From: Pseudomonadota bacterium
Lineage (GTDB): Bacteria; Pseudomonadota; Alphaproteobacteria; Rickettsiales; UBA8987
Reading direction: 5' to 3'
DNA length: 64,000 bases
Assembly (NCBI GenBank): GCA_048498735.1
Contig: JBEHXK010000008.1
Location: 2,604-66,603, forward strand
The position numbers and the translations under genes were made by a program. Shown piece by piece: positions 60,251 to 64,000 of the stretch. Under the pieces are notes generated by a model. The model was not told the origin of the DNA. It made no database searches and worked only from the letters and a program-made list of their open reading frames with translations. How positions within the stretch are numbered: position 1 is the stretch's first letter; every line of letters begins with the position of its first letter.

Positions 60251-61441
60251 ATGTCTGATAAATTAAGCCAAAGTGATGTCGATCTTCTTACAAAGGGCAA
60301 AAACCTTGAGTCTAAAGTAGAAGTTATCAATAAAATATCAACCCAATATAGGGCAGGTGCTTTTTCAGGGAAAGAGCAAGGCCTTGCCGAGGAAATATTC
60401 CGCCTACTTATAAGATATGCTGAAATAGGGGTTAGGAAATCGATCGCCGAAAACCTTATGAGCGCAGATCAAATGCCAAGAGATATAATTCTTTCCCTTG
60501 CTAAAGACATTGATGATGTTTCAAGGCCTATATTAGAATTTTCAGAACTTCTTACTGATGATGATCTGATAGATATTGTATCAACAGGTGATACAAAGGC
60601 TCAGGTTGCCGTTGCACAGAGAAATTCGCTTTCAGAATCAGTTTCTGAAGCGTTGGTTAATACTGAAAAAGGTGAAGTGGTCACCAGCCTGTTGAATAAT
60701 GCCTCGGCACAAATCGCAGAAAAAAGTCTTATAAAGGTAATCGATTCTTTCTCTAATAAAGAAGAGGTCATAGAAGCTCTTGTGACCCGCGGTTCTATAC
60801 CTTCAATATTAGTAGTGGAACTTACCAAAAAAGTTTCATCAGTTATTCAATCAAAGCTTGAGAAGAAATATAACTGCTCATTCGAGAAGATAAGCACATT
60901 ATTTGCAGAAAGTGGTGAAATAGCTGCCTTCCGTTTCGGCAATATGAAGATATTCGGCAATGATCTGCTTGAACTGATAAATATGCTAGAAGCTAACGAT
61001 CAGCTGGAGCAGGCCCTTGATCCTATTCACGGTAAGCTAACATTCATATTGAATGATCTTGAGCCGATTGGTCAGTTTGTTCCCATCTCTGCTATTGCTT
61101 TGGGTAATAAAACCATGTTTGAGATCTGCATGTCCCGTATAGCAGGAGTAAAATACCATAATATTGAAAAGCTGGTTTCTAACCTGGATTCAGGCCTAAA
61201 AGCGCTTTACGAGAAAGCTGCACTTCCTGAACCTTTATTTGATGCGGTGAAATTTGCTATAGAAGTTATTGATGAGATTGACCAGAAAGCCAAAGAAAAA
61301 GGCACTTTCAGGGCGCGTGAAAATCTGCATGAGTATATAAAACAGCTGATTAATAAGTCAGAAGGCAAAAAAATCCGCAATCTTTCCAGCTTTATTTCAA
61401 TTGTCAGAAGGCATATTGAAAGGCAGCAGGGCGAGTGGTAG
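60251..61441 (+). CDS. DUF2336-like alphaproteobacterial protein
   Basis: VR..IAE.L......P......LA.D...V..PIL.FS..L.D.DL..I and A.R..LS..VS..L....LL.N..A pattern. Confidence 0.8.
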   Translation: MSDKLSQSDVDLLTKGKNLESKVEVINKISTQYRAGAFSGKEQGLAEEIFRLLIRYAEIGVRKSIAENLMSADQMPRDIILSLAKDIDDVSRPILEFSELLTDDDLIDIVSTGDTKAQVAVAQRNSLSESVSEALVNTEKGEVVTSLLNNASAQIAEKSLIKVIDSFSNKEEVIEALVTRGSIPSILVVELTKKVSSVIQSKLEKKYNCSFEKISTLFAESGEIAAFRFGNMKIFGNDLLELINMLEANDQLEQALDPIHGKLTFILNDLEPIGQFVPISAIALGNKTMFEICMSRIAGVKYHNIEKLVSNLDSGLKALYEKAALPEPLFDAVKFAIEVIDEIDQKAKEKGTFRARENLHEYIKQLINKSEGKKIRNLSSFISIVRRHIERQQGEW

Positions 61442-61489
61442 AAGTAGCTTTTTCTTCACAATTCCAAATTATATATTATAAGCCAGTTC

Positions 61490-64000
61490 ATGAGCAAACA
61501 GAAACATTATCCTGAAACTACAAGCAATCCGGATTTCCCGAATATAGAAAAGAAACTTTTGGGTTATTGGAAAGAGAATCGCGTTTTTGAAAGATCAATT
61601 GAAAATCTTCCTGTCGGGGAAAACGAATTCAGTTTTTTTGATGGGCCTCCTTTCGCAAACGGCCTGCCCCATTATGGTCACCTTCTTACCTCATGCGTGA
61701 AAGATATTTTTGCGCGGTATCAAACTATGAAAGGTCGTCGTACTGAACGTGTGTTCGGATGGGATTGCCACGGTCTTCCTGCTGAGATGGAAGTTGAGAA
61801 GGAACTTGGCATTCATGGCCAGGCTGCAATTGAGGAATATGGCATTGGCAAATTCAATGATGCCTGCCGTACTTCAGTGATGAAATATACTTCCGAGTGG
61901 GAATATTATGTTAATCGCCTTGGCCGCTGGGTCGATTTCAAGAATGGCTATAAAACCATGGATCGCAACTATATGGAATCGGTCATATGGGCGTTCAAAC
62001 AATTGCATGAAAAAGGGCTGATCTATGAAGGCCATAAAGTTATGCCATATTCATGGGCATGTGAAACTCCGCTTTCAAACTTCGAAACCAGACTTGATAA
62101 TTCTTACCGCGAAAAGGTGAGCAAATCAGCAATTGTTGCTTTTGAATTGGAAGAATTACCAGAAGTATTAAAAAATTATAATGAGATTGCATCAAACTCA
62201 AAAGAAATGAAGTCTGTTAAAAAATTCTTCATTCTTGCTTGGACTACTACTCCTTGGACTTTACCATCTAATTTAGCTTTGGCTGTATCGAAACACGTAA
62301 AATATAATATATATATAGATAAAGAAGCGGCTTACATCGTTTCTGAAAAATATATAAGAAATAATAAGTTAGAAGGGCTAAACCACGAAGGTGCTTTATT
62401 ACATGGATCAGAACTTTTGGGCCTAAAATACAAACCATTATTCCCATTCTTTGCGAATGATAAACGCGGTGGAAAAAATGCCTTCACAATATTGGAAGGT
62501 GACTTTGTTTCTGATGAAGATGGCACGGGCGTTGTGCATATTGCACCTGGTTTTGGTGAGGATGACCAGCGCGTTGCACTCGCGAACGGTATATGCCTGC
62601 CGGATAATGGCGGTATAGTTTGCCCAGTTGATGAGGCTGGCAAATTTACGCATGAAATTTATGATATAAAATATCCGCAAACGGGTCGTACTTTAACATT
62701 GCAGCATTTGAATGTTGTGCAGGATACAAATAAAAACGCTGATGAACCTTATAAGCAAGATCAGCTTAAGAAGTATGGTCTGGCTAATCTGCGCATAATC
62801 GATTTTCTTAAAGAAAATAATTCACTGATAAAGCAGGAAGATTATATCCATAATTACCCACATTGCTGGCGTACGGATACTCCACTAATATATAAAGCAG
62901 TGCCGAGCTGGTATTTGAAAGTTACGGCATTTAAAGAGCGCATGGTTCAGTTGAATCATGAAAATATAAACTGGATACCAGAACATATTCGTGATGGTCA
63001 GTTCGGCAAATGGCTTGAAAATGCACATGACTGGGCAATATCCCGTAACCGTTTCTGGGGTTCACCTATACCTATCTGGCGCAGCACCAATCCAAAAAAC
63101 AAAAAGCTTTATGTATTTGGTTCAATAAAAGAACTAGAAGAATTCTTTGGCACAAAAGTTGATGATCTGCATCGCCCATTCATCGATTCGCTAACAAAGC
63201 CTGATCCAGAAGATAATAATCATACTATAAAACGCGTATCGGAAGTTCTGGATTGCTGGTTCGAATCAGGTTCAATGCCATTTGCGGAGATACATTATCC
63301 GTTTGAGAATAAGGATAAATTCGAAAATCGTTTCCCTGCTGATTTTATCGTTGAATATGTGGCACAAACTCGTGGATGGTTCTATACGTTGATGGTTCTT
63401 TCAACTGCACTCTTTGATAATGTGCCGTTCAAAAACTGCATCTGTCACGGCGTGATATTGGACGAGAATTCACAGAAACTTTCTAAACGCCTGCGTAATT
63501 ATCCTGATCCGAAAGAAGTATTCGACCAGTATGGTGCGGATGCAATGCGTTGGATGATGGTTGCATCACCGGTGATGATGGGCGGTGAACTTAATATTTC
63601 TAAAGATGGCAGCGATATACGTGATGCTGTTCGTTTAGTCATGAAACCGATCTGGAATGCATATCACTTCTTCAGCCTATATGCGAATAGTGATGGTGTT
63701 AAGGCAGAGGAAAAATTCAACTCAGAAAATCTGATCGATAGATATATACTATCAAAACTTGGTTCGGCTGTTGAGCAGATAGAAAAATCATTCAATCAAT
63801 ATTTCACCAGTACGGCCTGCAAAGCAGTTGCTGACTTCTTTGAAGTGCTGAATAACTGGTACATCCGCCGTAGCCGCGAACGCTTCTGGGGTGATGAAAA
63901 GAATGCCGATAAAGTTTCTGCTTATAACACACTTTATACATGTCTGGTGACAATATGCCGCGCTGCTGCACCACTTGCACCTTTCTTGTTTGAAGAAGTC
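61490..64000 (+). CDS. ileS: Isoleucine--tRNA ligase, type 2, 5' part (runs off the window)
   Basis: Absent from the ORF track because there is no stop. Manual translation from ATG 61490 gives DGPPFANGLPHYGH, GWDCHGLP, WTTTPWTLPSN, ISRNRFWG, QTRGWFY and KLSKR. Confidence 0.96.
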   Translation, partial: MSKQKHYPETTSNPDFPNIEKKLLGYWKENRVFERSIENLPVGENEFSFFDGPPFANGLPHYGHLLTSCVKDIFARYQTMKGRRTERVFGWDCHGLPAEMEVEKELGIHGQAAIEEYGIGKFNDACRTSVMKYTSEWEYYVNRLGRWVDFKNGYKTMDRNYMESVIWAFKQLHEKGLIYEGHKVMPYSWACETPLSNFETRLDNSYREKVSKSAIVAFELEELPEVLKNYNEIASNSKEMKSVKKFFILAWTTTPWTLPSNLALAVSKHVKYNIYIDKEAAYIVSEKYIRNNKLEGLNHEGALLHGSELLGLKYKPLFPFFANDKRGGKNAFTILEGDFVSDEDGTGVVHIAPGFGEDDQRVALANGICLPDNGGIVCPVDEAGKFTHEIYDIKYPQTGRTLTLQHLNVVQDTNKNADEPYKQDQLKKYGLANLRIIDFLKENNSLIKQEDYIHNYPHCWRTDTPLIYKAVPSWYLKVTAFKERMVQLNHENINWIPEHIRDGQFGKWLENAHDWAISRNRFWGSPIPIWRSTNPKNKKLYVFGSIKELEEFFGTKVDDLHRPFIDSLTKPDPEDNNHTIKRVSEVLDCWFESGSMPFAEIHYPFENKDKFENRFPADFIVEYVAQTRGWFYTLMVLSTALFDNVPFKNCICHGVILDENSQKLSKRLRNYPDPKEVFDQYGADAMRWMMVASPVMMGGELNISKDGSDIRDAVRLVMKPIWNAYHFFSLYANSDGVKAEEKFNSENLIDRYILSKLGSAVEQIEKSFNQYFTSTACKAVADFFEVLNNWYIRRSRERFWGDEKNADKVSAYNTLYTCLVTICRAAAPLAPFLFEEV

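Overview
A densely packed, AT-rich chromosomal segment of an alphaproteobacterium, most likely a metabolically rich Rickettsiales-type lineage. This assignment is inferred from type-2 ValRS and IleRS, ThyX, ChpT, a PleC-like kinase and a DUF1476 zeta subunit. Most of the window is shuffled housekeeping genes, including coaBC-ubiB-ubiE/mutM, mdh, pstS, dgt-recO-parC-def, valS, rpiB-glyA-nrdR-ribD, purCSQ, thyX, recA-alaS, tolB-rlmH-flgBC-fliE-hemC, rodZ-ispG-hisS-prfA-prmC, rpsF-rpsR-rplI-dnaB and ileS. The ORF track missed three genes: the nuoA 5' end, rpmJ and ileS. The main non-housekeeping system is a domesticated RcGTA-like gene transfer agent in two pieces. The portal gene is divergent from recA. 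An operon of protease, capsid, connector and baseplate genes (g4-g5-g6-g12-g13-g14-g15) follows alaS and lacks g7-g11 (tail tube, tape measure) with no scar. Both pieces carry the same promoter, TGYAC-TTCCGG-N17-TAnnnT, 53-55 nt before the start codon. Other notable items are an FlgC with an apparent Sec signal peptide, a coupled thioredoxin plus three-prepilin cassette, a parS-like site, and AT-rich in-frame patches in valS and ileS. I saw no tRNA, rRNA, CRISPR array, IS element or integrase. All calls come from reading motifs by eye; no searches were run.
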